Source: Candidatus Latescibacterota bacterium (GTDB taxonomy: Bacteria; Latescibacterota; UBA2968; UBA8231). From it: a stretch of DNA of 64,000 nt. Of the stretch, positions 28,271-37,056 are shown piece by piece. A program made the position numbers and the translations under genes. Below the pieces are notes generated by a model. It saw nothing but the letters and a program-made list of their open reading frames with translations. It did no database searches and was not told where the DNA came from. How positions within the stretch are numbered: position 1 is the first letter of the stretch; every line of letters starts with the position of its first letter. Where the stretch lies: assembly GCA_965248265.1 (NCBI GenBank), contig CBDFJF010000001.1, positions 1,664,001 through 1,728,000 of the forward strand, in the 5' to 3' direction.

Positions 28271-29149
28271 TCATGCTCTGGCGGCGACACGCTCTCGTTG
28301 AAGGATGTACAGACCACTGCCGACGACGACGGCTCCGCCTATGAACGTCCACAAGTCGGGAAGATCACCAAAGCCGATGAATCCCACAACGATGGCCCAC
28401 AAAAACAGCGAGTAGCTGAAGGGTTGGAGGGTCGAAGCGGGCGCCAGTTGCAACGCCTTTATCAGCGAAAAATGAGCAGCACCACCCAGCATGCCTGCCA
28501 ACAGCAGCAGCCCCCAGTCCATGGCAGTCGGAGGCCGCCAGTTGAATGGGCCAGCCACCGTCAGGAGTACAGCCCCTACCAGCGCCGTGTACAACAGGAT
28601 GGTATCCGGCATGTCTCCCCCGCGACTGACGGCCCGTGTCATTAGTTGATAGACGGCGAACAACGTCGCTGCGCCCAGGGGAATCAACGCGGTCACGCTG
28701 AACACCCCCAGTCCGGGGCGAATGATGATGAGCACCCCGGCAAACCCCGTTGCGATCGCCAGTGAGCGGTGCAACCCGGCACGCTCTCCCAGCAGGCAAA
28801 CGGCGAGCACGGTGACTATTATGGGTGCGATTGCCCCGATGGCATGAGTATCGGCCAGGGTCAGATAGTACCAGGCGATGACGAAGCCCGCTTTTTCTGC
28901 CAGCAGCACCAGGGCACGGCTCAGTTGCATGCCCAGCTGCTGTGTCTTCAGAACCTGGCGTACCCCCCGTGGACGGGCGACGAGGATGGCGAAAAGCAGC
29001 AGGATGAGATAGCGGATCCAAAGAATCTGGACAACCGAGTAGGTGTTGGTCAGGTGCTTGATGACCCCGTCCATGCAGGCGAACGTGAGCATCGTCAGCA
29101 AGATCAGGCTGATCCCGCGCAGGGTGGATGCGCGGGGGTTCTCATACAT
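28271..29149 (-). CDS. DMT/EamA family transporter
   Basis: About 10 hydrophobic segments, with QILWIR, LLGER, GFAGVLIIIRPG and APASTLQPFSY. Confidence 0.9.
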   Translation of the reverse strand: MYENPRASTLRGISLILLTMLTFACMDGVIKHLTNTYSVVQILWIRYLILLLFAILVARPRGVRQVLKTQQLGMQLSRALVLLAEKAGFVIAWYYLTLADTHAIGAIAPIIVTVLAVCLLGERAGLHRSLAIATGFAGVLIIIRPGLGVFSVTALIPLGAATLFAVYQLMTRAVSRGGDMPDTILLYTALVGAVLLTVAGPFNWRPPTAMDWGLLLLAGMLGGAAHFSLIKALQLAPASTLQPFSYSLFLWAIVVGFIGFGDLPDLWTFIGGAVVVGSGLYILQRERVAARA

Positions 29150-30053
29150 GCCGCATCAACACCTCATGCGCCAGATGCATGTCTTCGATGTGGTTGAGGA
29201 TCGCCGCCGAAGTGATCTCCCCCTCCACGTCGTCGCGGCCCAGCGTCGACTTGATATCCTTCTGCTTGGCTTCATTGTGGTCCCTCGTGCGCACGAACTG
29301 GTTCCACTCTTCAACCCGAGCACGATCGACCGCACCCCCGTTCTGTTCCAGGATCCATCCCTCGAAGTCAGTATAATTGACAAGACTGCCCCGAATGAAT
29401 TCAACCGCCTTGTCCGGCGAAATGCCGACGGCTTCCAGGGCTCTGGGGTCCAGGCCGGATGTGGTCATGTCCGGATAGTCGTCGTGCAGCAGATTCTTGG
29501 CGCGCAGCAGGACCTTCAACCACGTGCGCGGGAGCTGGCATACTTCCAGGGGCCCGTAGTCGAGGGTGGAAATCAGCGGTACAATGGCGTTCCCGAAACG
29601 CGAGAAATCCGCGTCCAGATCGCGCTTGTAGAACAGCTGCCAGTCCTGCAGGCTGTTGAGGATGACGGCGGAGGTCACGTGGACCTCGTCCGTGCTCCAG
29701 CCGATGTCCCTGTAGGTTTCCTGGATTTTCTCAGGTCTGTGGTGGATGCGGCCTCTGACCGCCGCATTCCAGTCGTCGATGGCCCGATCACCCTTGGTCG
29801 GCTCACCTCCCCGCTTTCCAATGATCCAGGTTTCGAAACTCAAGTAGTCGGGTAACGTCGAGCGAATGCAATCCAGCGTCTCCTCCTCATCCAACCCCAA
29901 TGCCTCGATGACGTGGGCGTCAAGTCCACGGCTGGCTTCAGGGTATTCTTCGTCGAGCAGACCCGTCGCTCGCAGGGTGACCTTCCACCACAGACGAGGC
30001 AGCTGGCAGACTTCCAGAGGGCCGTAACAGAGACTGCTGATCAAAGGAATCAT
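29142..30053 (-). CDS. Tandem-repeat protein of unknown function (DUF5069-like, two copies)
   Basis: Two ~150-aa repeats: PLISSLCYGPLEVCQLPRLWWK...WN...TSAVILNSLQDW and PLISTLDYGPLEVCQLPRTWLK...WN...TSAAILNHIEDM. Overlaps the DMT gene by 8 nt. Confidence 0.65.
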   Translation of the reverse strand: MIPLISSLCYGPLEVCQLPRLWWKVTLRATGLLDEEYPEASRGLDAHVIEALGLDEEETLDCIRSTLPDYLSFETWIIGKRGGEPTKGDRAIDDWNAAVRGRIHHRPEKIQETYRDIGWSTDEVHVTSAVILNSLQDWQLFYKRDLDADFSRFGNAIVPLISTLDYGPLEVCQLPRTWLKVLLRAKNLLHDDYPDMTTSGLDPRALEAVGISPDKAVEFIRGSLVNYTDFEGWILEQNGGAVDRARVEEWNQFVRTRDHNEAKQKDIKSTLGRDDVEGEITSAAILNHIEDMHLAHEVLMRHV

Positions 30054-30174
30054 GGATGAGTTCCCTTTTCTTTGTGGGTTCCGTACAAACCGCCTTCGCG
30101 TCGCTGTGGTCAAGGCTGGCTATCGCCCTGTGGCTTCTTGACCACGGCAGTCGGAATTCAGTTACTACCTATCC

Positions 30175-30867
30175 ATGAGAATCCTCCTCGTCGAAGACAA
30201 CCCCGACGACGCCGACCTGGTCCGCGCGCTTCTGCTCGAATCAGATGGCCAGGCCGTCGAGGTCGAGCATGTAGTAAGAGTCAGCGAGGCCCTGGAACGG
30301 CTTCACGCCGGCGATATTCAGCTTGTTTTGCTGGACCTGGGCTTACCCGATGCCGATGGCATGGATGCGGTCGAGCGCCTGGCGGGGGATACCCAGGATG
30401 TGCCCGTCGTTATCTTGACCGGGTTGGCCGACCAAGAGAACGCGCTTGAAGCGCTGCGCCATGGAGCCCAGGATTATCTGTTTAAGAATCACATGAACGG
30501 TGAGTGGCTGCGAAGCTCCATGCGGCATGCGGTCGAACGTCACCGCCTGCTCGGGGAGCTGGCCGGGCTGCAGGAACAGATCGTGGAGGGAGCCCGCAGT
30601 CGGGCCCTGGCGGAAACAGCCGGGGCAGCCGCCCACGAGATCAACAACCCCCTCGCCGTGATCGTTGGCAACCTGGAGTTGCTGGCGACCAGAAACGACC
30701 TCTCACCCCATGACCGCGACATGCTCGGCATCGTCCGCGAAGCAGCGGCGCGCATCGAGAGCATCGTCCGCGACATGGGCAAGACACGTCGCTACGCTAC
30801 CAAGAAGTACCTCCAGGACACCAACATCGTCGACTTCCAGGCATCGTCGGACACCGAGCGTGCCTGA
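30175..30867 (+). CDS. Receiver domain + HisKA (DHp) protein lacking an ATPase domain
   Basis: REC motifs (LVEDN, LLDLGLPD, ILTG, DYLFK), then H-box AAHEINNPL. The protein ends about 70 aa later with no N/G boxes. Confidence 0.8.
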   Translation: MRILLVEDNPDDADLVRALLLESDGQAVEVEHVVRVSEALERLHAGDIQLVLLDLGLPDADGMDAVERLAGDTQDVPVVILTGLADQENALEALRHGAQDYLFKNHMNGEWLRSSMRHAVERHRLLGELAGLQEQIVEGARSRALAETAGAAAHEINNPLAVIVGNLELLATRNDLSPHDRDMLGIVREAAARIESIVRDMGKTRRYATKKYLQDTNIVDFQASSDTERA

Positions 30868-30893
30868 GGGCGCGACCAGCGTAGCGCTGGTAC

Positions 30894-31520
30894 TCAGCGT
30901 CTGACGATCGAGAACGCGAAATCCCGCCCGAAACCGAACTTGTAGGCCGCCGATATCCACAGCAGTGCCAGCGGCTCCACCATCCGTGCGCTCGCCAGCG
31001 GCCCCGCATCCACGGTGTCAAACCCCAGCGCGTCTGACAGTTCCACTACCCGGGTTCGGGCCTCATTGTCGTCCCCGCAGATGAACATGACGGCTTTTCT
31101 GCCTTCGAGCTCGGGAGCTTCCATGATGTTGGATCCCACCGTGTTGAAGGCCTTCACCACGCGGGCTCCGGGCGCCCAGCGCGCGACCTGCTCGCCGCCT
31201 GAATCCTCATGTCCATGCGTCAAGCCTGCCAGACCCGGCTTGAGGGGATTGGTGCAGTCGACGACAATCTTCCCAGCCATCGGGCCCGCAGCCTTGAGGG
31301 CCGCCTCCGTCGCCTCCCACGGCGTCGCCAGCACGACCACACCTGCCCCCTGTGCAGCGGTTCCAACCGCTTCGACACCGACCCCGGGGGTCTGTCTCAA
31401 CTCATCGTGCTTGTGCGCCTGGGGCTGGCGCACCCCGAAGGTCACGGTGTGTCCCGCCATCGACCAACCGTGCCCCAGAGCACGGCCGACGTTTCCCGCT
31501 CCGATTATGGCGATCTGCAT
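30894..31520 (-). CDS. NADPH-dependent F420 reductase-like dinucleotide-binding protein
   Basis: IIGAGNVG, LATPW, VDCTNP, SGGE, VVKAFNTVG, CGDD and DAGPL. A GAGGTG RBS precedes ATG 31520. Confidence 0.88.
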   Translation of the reverse strand: MQIAIIGAGNVGRALGHGWSMAGHTVTFGVRQPQAHKHDELRQTPGVGVEAVGTAAQGAGVVVLATPWEATEAALKAAGPMAGKIVVDCTNPLKPGLAGLTHGHEDSGGEQVARWAPGARVVKAFNTVGSNIMEAPELEGRKAVMFICGDDNEARTRVVELSDALGFDTVDAGPLASARMVEPLALLWISAAYKFGFGRDFAFSIVRR

Positions 31521-31553
31521 GCTCACCTCATCTCCCCCAGTCATTTGTCATTG

Positions 31554-32036
31554 TCATCGATTGGTCCGGGCGAGTGCCGGCAACGCATCGTTGAGTATGC
31601 GAACGGCCTCGAGCACCCCTTTCCCCTGCATGTCCACGACGACCTCGGCTGTTTGCAGGGGCAGTGAGTAGTTGATCGATTCGCCCAGGTTCAGGTACAC
31701 GAGAATGGCCGCGCCTCCGACACGGTCAAGATTGGTTTTCTCCATCAGAGTATCCTCACCCAGTACGACTATGCCATGCGGTTGGTCGTTGAGGATTCGC
31801 TGCAACAGGACAGCCTCGAGTCGATTGTAGCGCTCGTGCCCGTCCTCTTCCAGTTTGAATCGTGCGGCCGACTGACCCGCTACGTGCTCGACCCACTGAC
31901 TCAGATCCTTCAGCGACAAGCCGGTCAGCGCCGCCAGGTCGTACGCTGCCTCGCGGTAGTGACTGCCCGTTGAGCCGGCTATGGCCAACGATCTGGGCAG
32001 CTGGACCGTCGGTGTATAATCGTAATAGTCAGTCAA
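31554..32036 (-). CDS. Degenerate shikimate kinase-like protein
   Basis: AroK-like layout (LAIAGSTGS, DLSQWVEHVAGQS, YNRLEAVLL, IVVLGE, LVYL), but Walker A lacks GKT/S and the lid region is short. The start is uncertain (TTG 32036 or GTG 32072). Confidence 0.55.
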   Translation of the reverse strand: MTDYYDYTPTVQLPRSLAIAGSTGSHYREAAYDLAALTGLSLKDLSQWVEHVAGQSAARFKLEEDGHERYNRLEAVLLQRILNDQPHGIVVLGEDTLMEKTNLDRVGGAAILVYLNLGESINYSLPLQTAEVVVDMQGKGVLEAVRILNDALPALARTNR

Positions 32037-32145
32037 GAGGTGCACACTGTGTTTTGCGGAAGCCACGGGCACAAAAATGTCGTAGCTTAAACTGCCACAA
32101 CTGACCCGGTACAGACAAGCGGAAGTACATCATCAGGAGTGCATC

Positions 32146-33159
32146 ATGGCTTATTACGTGTACGTATCGATATCGGGAGAGGGCCGGGTCGACGTCTATT
32201 CAATGGACCCCGAAACCGGCTCTCTGGACAAACGGCAGGAGGTCGCCCTGTCGGGTAACCCGGCGGGCATCGCTGCTGATCCCCAGCGGCGGTTCCTCTA
32301 CATCGCGCGCCGCGGCATACCGGAAATGGCGAGTTTTGCCGTCGATCAAAGCGACGGATCTCTGACGCTTCTCGGATCGATCGCGGAGGAATCGGACTCC
32401 GTCTACGTCACGGTGGATAGCACCGGGCGGTTCGTCCTGTCCTCCAGCAACGGCGGCGCTCTCGCACGCAGCTACCGGGTCGGTGACGACGGCGCGCTGG
32501 TGGGCCCACCTGCCAGCATCGCTCACACCCTGCCCGGGGCCCACTCCGTTGAAGTTCACCCGTCAAACCGCTTCGTCTACGTGCCCCAATGTATCTCCCA
32601 GAACGCGATTTTCCAGTTTCGGTATGACGGCGATACCGGGCAGATTACGCCTCAGGAACTGGCGGTCCTAGTCCCACCCACGAGAGTCGGACCACGCCAC
32701 ATCCGCTTCCACCCCAGCCTCGATGTCATGTACACGACGAACGAGCAGGACTCAAGCATCTCGGCCTATGGCGTGGGAGAGGATGGCATGCTGTCGCCGG
32801 CTTTCCAGACGATCTCGACGCTGCCCGATGACTTTGAAGGGGAGAACACGACCGCGCAGCTGCGGGTGCATCGATCCGGGAAATTCCTCTACGCCCCCAA
32901 CCGCGGGCACGAGAGCATCGCCTGCTTCAGCATCGATTCCGCTTCGGGAGAGCTGACCCTGATCGGTCGCGTTCCCACGGAGGCACACACCCGCGGCATG
33001 GACATCGACCCACAGGGCAAGTTCCTGTTCGCTGCCGGCGCCGAGAGCGGCAACATGTCGGCCTATGCCATCGATGGAGACTCGGGTGAACTGACGCACC
33101 TGCAGACCTATGAGGTCGGGCAGGCACCGCTGTGGGTGCTGGCCATCGAGGTCGGATAG
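32146..33159 (+). CDS. 6-phosphogluconolactonase-like beta-propeller (second paralog)
   Basis: AHSVEVHPSNRF, GPRHIRFHP, TNEQ, LYAPNRGHES and TRGMDIDP. AGGAG RBS. Confidence 0.88.
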   Translation: MAYYVYVSISGEGRVDVYSMDPETGSLDKRQEVALSGNPAGIAADPQRRFLYIARRGIPEMASFAVDQSDGSLTLLGSIAEESDSVYVTVDSTGRFVLSSSNGGALARSYRVGDDGALVGPPASIAHTLPGAHSVEVHPSNRFVYVPQCISQNAIFQFRYDGDTGQITPQELAVLVPPTRVGPRHIRFHPSLDVMYTTNEQDSSISAYGVGEDGMLSPAFQTISTLPDDFEGENTTAQLRVHRSGKFLYAPNRGHESIACFSIDSASGELTLIGRVPTEAHTRGMDIDPQGKFLFAAGAESGNMSAYAIDGDSGELTHLQTYEVGQAPLWVLAIEVG

Positions 33160-33182
33160 CCCGCGTGGCATCCAACCGGTGT

Positions 33183-34322
33183 TTACGCCGCTGCCAGCGC
33201 CTGTTTCAGGTCCGCGGTCAAGTCCTCTTCATGCTCGATCCCGACGGACAGACGCAACAGTGAATCGGTGATGCCGACCCGGTGACGTTCCTCCGGCGAC
33301 ATCCTGTCGTGGGAGGTCTCAGCCGGACAACAGATCAGGCTCTCGATGCCGCCAAGGCTCAGCGCAGGAGTGATCAAGTTGAGTCGATGCAGAAATTCTG
33401 ACACCGGTACGGCCTTGGAGTCCAGCTCGAATGAGAGCATGGCGCCGAAGCAGCTCATCTGCGAACGGGCGAGTTCGTGTCCGGGAAACCCGGGCAGACC
33501 TGGGTAATTGACGGCACCCACCGCTGGATGATCGTCCAGGAATTGCGCGACAGCCAGGGCATTCGAAGACTGGCGTTCAAATCGCAAACTCAGCGTCTTC
33601 ATGCTGCGCTCCAGCAGATAGCACGTGATCGCGTTCAAACTGCCTCCCAAGTTGCGAGCCTTCGACAGTACGCGCGCCGTCAGTTCATTTGATGAAAGCA
33701 CAGCCCCGCAACAAAGATCGCTGTGCCCTCCGAGGTACTTGGTACCGCTGTGGACGACGACGTCGATGCCGAGGGCGAGCGGATTCTGACTCACCGGCGA
33801 AGCGAAGGTGTTGTCGATGAGGGTGACGATGCCTCGCTTCCGGGCAGCGTCGGCGACTCGCCGGACATCCAGAATCTGCAGCAGCGGATTCGTCGGCGAC
33901 TCGATCATGATCAGCCGGGTGCTGGGCGTAATGGCTGCGACAACAGCGTTGGCCTCGGTGTCAACGAACGAATAGTCGATGCCCATCCGCGCAAACTCCT
34001 CGGTCGCAAAGGCATGGGTCCCGCCGTACAGCTGATCCAACAAGACCACGTGCTCACCGGGAGAGACCAGGGCCAGCGTGGCCGTGCTGACCGCCGCCAT
34101 CCCCGAGCTGAAGAGCAGGCCGTCCTCCGCGCCCTCTAGCTCGCACAGCTTGGCGACCACCGCTTCCTGATTCGGAGTGTTGAAGGAACGGGGATAGGGA
34201 AAATCCTCGCGGTCGAGGTACTCGAAGGATGAGGATGTGTAGATCGGCGTGTTGACCCCTCGCGTCTGGGGATCCCCGTGACCGCCCGCGTGTACGCACT
34301 GTGTCGCCTTGTGAGTCGTCAT
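33183..34322 (-). CDS. Cys/Met metabolism PLP-dependent enzyme (cystathionine gamma-lyase/synthase family)
   Basis: TPIYTSSSF, FSSGMAA, YGGT, ESPTNP, DNTFASP, HSGTKYLGGHSD (PLP Lys), SLGGIESL and LRLSVGIE. Confidence 0.93.
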   Translation of the reverse strand: MTTHKATQCVHAGGHGDPQTRGVNTPIYTSSSFEYLDREDFPYPRSFNTPNQEAVVAKLCELEGAEDGLLFSSGMAAVSTATLALVSPGEHVVLLDQLYGGTHAFATEEFARMGIDYSFVDTEANAVVAAITPSTRLIMIESPTNPLLQILDVRRVADAARKRGIVTLIDNTFASPVSQNPLALGIDVVVHSGTKYLGGHSDLCCGAVLSSNELTARVLSKARNLGGSLNAITCYLLERSMKTLSLRFERQSSNALAVAQFLDDHPAVGAVNYPGLPGFPGHELARSQMSCFGAMLSFELDSKAVPVSEFLHRLNLITPALSLGGIESLICCPAETSHDRMSPEERHRVGITDSLLRLSVGIEHEEDLTADLKQALAAA

Positions 34323-34420
34323 CTCTGTTTCCTGAGTCGTATCGTTGCGGCTGTACGTCCTACCAATCATTATAAGAGCCAATGCAGGCCCGCACTACTT
34401 GAGAGAACGAGGGGAAAACA

Positions 34421-34870
34421 ATGAATATGGCCGCACTCGATCTAAGAGAGAGACCACCCCGAAGCCCGCGAGTACGCCTGGGCGGATACGTCCTTCTGCC
34501 ACGCATGCTGGACAAAGGACGTGCAACGATCGCTGGACAGAACGGCGAATACCATTACGCCTGCCCGATGGACCAGCACTTTCTCAACTACACCGGTATC
34601 GATCCGGATCAACTGAGAGAGGAACTCGCTGCCGGCAAGGGCGATTCTGAAATCCTCGAATGGGTCGAGGCCAATGCCCGGCACAAGCGCGCTCCTTGGG
34701 AAATCGCCCAATGGTGCGCTTATCACGAAGCTCGGACCCCCGCAGACTACGAGACGCGTGAGTACTTCAACGAACTACACAAAGAGGCGAGCGTGCTGCG
34801 CGAAGATATCAGCACCTGGTTTGAGTTACTCGATCTGGACGACTACACCACCTTCGGTGGGAAGGTGTAA
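34421..34870 (+). CDS. DUF5069-like protein
   Basis: DLRERPPRSPRVRLGGYVLLPRMLDKGRA...GEYHYACPMDQHFL...TWFELLDLDD. Confidence 0.75.
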   Translation: MNMAALDLRERPPRSPRVRLGGYVLLPRMLDKGRATIAGQNGEYHYACPMDQHFLNYTGIDPDQLREELAAGKGDSEILEWVEANARHKRAPWEIAQWCAYHEARTPADYETREYFNELHKEASVLREDISTWFELLDLDDYTTFGGKV

Positions 34871-34881
34871 CACCTACGGCG

Positions 34882-36126
34882 ATGACGACCGTACGAGAGC
34901 TCTCGGCCGAAGAAGCCGACAGCGCTGCCGCGATTCAGAGCGTGATCAATTCGCTCCGGCCAGAAGGTGGCCGCATCATTCTTCCTGCCATGGACATGAC
35001 CCTGGACCGCGGCCTCGAACTGCGATCCGGGATCGAGGTGGTCGGCCAGGGTGAGAGCACGGTTCTGCGCAAGGGACCTGGCCGCGTTTATCCCCTCACC
35101 GGATACCACAACTACGGCATGCGCGATGTGCCGCTGCAGTTCACGGAGGGACTGGAGGTGGGTATGACCGTGTGCGTGCTGGACGACATCCGGCGCGGTT
35201 TCTACGAAACCTTTACCCGCATCGACTGGATTGACGGGCAATGGGTCGGACTCGAGCACGGCATCGCGGCCGACTACATCGCCAGCGATGCCCCTCGTCT
35301 GACCACGGCTTATCCGATGATTTTCGGACACGCCATCGCCGGTGCCGCCATCCGGGATCTCACCCTCGAGGGCAATCGCGCCGAACAGGATGCGGCTATG
35401 GGCGGTTGCCGCGGCGGCGCCATCTACTTTGCCGGCTCACGCGACCTCGAGGTCACTGGCGTGCGCCAGCGCGACTACGACGGCGAGGGCTTGAGCTTTC
35501 AGATGTGTCGCGACGTCGTCATCCGTGACAGCACCTTCGACGCCAACGCCGGCAACGGTATGCACCCGGGGGCTGGCAGCACCAACTGCCTGTTCGAGGG
35601 TTGCTCGAGTGCCGGCAACGGGCGCAGCGGCTTCTTCTTCTGCGTCCGCGCCAATCACATCACCGTCAATGAGTGCTCGTTCGAGAGCAACAGCATCGGC
35701 ATCTCCGTCGGCACCCGCGACTGCCACAATGCCATAGAGTCCTGCCGCATCGTGCACAACCGAGGAGAGGGTGTCCTCCTGCGACCGGAGGGAGTGCGCC
35801 CAGTCGAGGTCCACTCCGTTCGTATCGCGCACTGTGAAATCGCCGGCAATGCCTTCCAAGAGGGCGAAGGCCAGGTGGCCATCCACGCCAACGCTCATGA
35901 TGTCATCATCGAAGACAACCGCATCACGGGATCGGACCGATTGGTGCCCGCCGTCTACGCAGCGCCGACAGCCAGCGACATCTACCTCGCGGACAACACA
36001 ATCAGGAATTGCGGGGAAGCGGTGTCAGCCGCAACCGCCAGTCTCACCACAGACCGTCCGCGGTTGGCGTTCGGCTACGGCGGGACCCCTGAGACCGCGT
36101 TCCGCCACCTGCCGAAGGCATCGTAG
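34882..36126 (+). CDS. Right-handed parallel beta-helix (pectin lyase-like) protein
   Basis: AAIQSVIN..GGRIILPA, IRDLTLEGN and repeated N/G/C-laddered turns (NAGNGMHPG, GNGRSGFFFC, HNRGEG). Starts 11 nt after the DUF5069-like gene. Confidence 0.8.
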   Translation: MTTVRELSAEEADSAAAIQSVINSLRPEGGRIILPAMDMTLDRGLELRSGIEVVGQGESTVLRKGPGRVYPLTGYHNYGMRDVPLQFTEGLEVGMTVCVLDDIRRGFYETFTRIDWIDGQWVGLEHGIAADYIASDAPRLTTAYPMIFGHAIAGAAIRDLTLEGNRAEQDAAMGGCRGGAIYFAGSRDLEVTGVRQRDYDGEGLSFQMCRDVVIRDSTFDANAGNGMHPGAGSTNCLFEGCSSAGNGRSGFFFCVRANHITVNECSFESNSIGISVGTRDCHNAIESCRIVHNRGEGVLLRPEGVRPVEVHSVRIAHCEIAGNAFQEGEGQVAIHANAHDVIIEDNRITGSDRLVPAVYAAPTASDIYLADNTIRNCGEAVSAATASLTTDRPRLAFGYGGTPETAFRHLPKAS

Positions 36127-36160
36127 GAGGCTGGCGGAGCCGCTTTGAGGCGAGATCGCC

Positions 36161-36188
36161 GCAAGACCGGCCCGAAACGGAGTCTTGC
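36161..36188. terminator. Hairpin between convergent genes
   Basis: GCAAGAC...GTCTTGC outer stem with a CCG-AAA-CGG cap. No U-tract. Confidence 0.3.
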
Positions 36189-36197
36189 CGCGGGCTC

Positions 36198-36929
36198 TTA
36201 GGCCCGGCCCACCCTCTTGCCTAGGTCTCCCATCATGCTCCTGCACTCAGCAAATGCTTGCGCCAACCCTTCTCGTGTGGCGCCCGGCTGACCCAAGTAA
36301 TCCAACACCACGGCCTCGCAGGCTGCATAATCCTCGCATGCCTGAGGAACCTCGTTAGCGATTTCATTCGGAATTGTGGTGACGCCGTTGCTGTCCCCGA
36401 ACAGCAGATCGCCTGGAATCACGGTGATGCCACCCACATGCACAGGCAGTCCCATCGAAGTAGTGTAGCCGTACCCGTGTGAGGGATTGGAACCGCTGGT
36501 GAAGACCGAAAAACCGAGTTCGCGAACCTGGTCGACGTCGCGCCCGCAGCCGCTGGTAATGAGTCCGACGGCCCCGAAGGTCTGGTACGATTTGCACATC
36601 ATGTCGCCAAAGGTAGCCGCTACCGAGGGCGTTTCCAGGTCCTGGTAGACCAGCACCGGAGGGCCCGGCAGGGCATCGAACGACTCGATCTGCTGGGTCA
36701 AACTCACCTCGGAATCATGCTGGCGCGCGCCAGCGGCACAGCGTCGCGTCGCGGTACAGGCGTAACCGATCATCGGTGGCATCTCCGGATACGAAGCCTT
36801 GATACGGTCGTCCATGTAGCCGGTGTCGCGCGGCTGGATGTCGAACAACTCAATGACGTTGCAAATGGTCGGCGAATCGTATTTGCGCAGCTGCTCTATT
36901 GCTTGCTTGGACAGTCCCTTGTCGGGCAT
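36198..36929 (-). CDS. RraA-like / HMG aldolase family protein
   Basis: YDSPTICNVIE, GYACT, ATFGDMM, GCGRD and VIPGDLLFGDSNGV. Confidence 0.87.
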   Translation of the reverse strand: MPDKGLSKQAIEQLRKYDSPTICNVIELFDIQPRDTGYMDDRIKASYPEMPPMIGYACTATRRCAAGARQHDSEVSLTQQIESFDALPGPPVLVYQDLETPSVAATFGDMMCKSYQTFGAVGLITSGCGRDVDQVRELGFSVFTSGSNPSHGYGYTTSMGLPVHVGGITVIPGDLLFGDSNGVTTIPNEIANEVPQACEDYAACEAVVLDYLGQPGATREGLAQAFAECRSMMGDLGKRVGRA

Positions 36930-37056
36930 TGGTCTTTCTCCTGGGCTCCGTGTTTGATGTGCGTAACCGGTGGATCAGTATTACAATGTAGAGCATTCCC
37001 GAGGTATCTTATATGCCGTTCATGCGCCCCGAGTAACTCCACGTAGGATGTAGAAC

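Noticed and set aside
30894-31520. Evidence for F420 metabolism
   Set aside because: This family is common in bacteria that lack F420, and no F420 biosynthesis genes are in the window.
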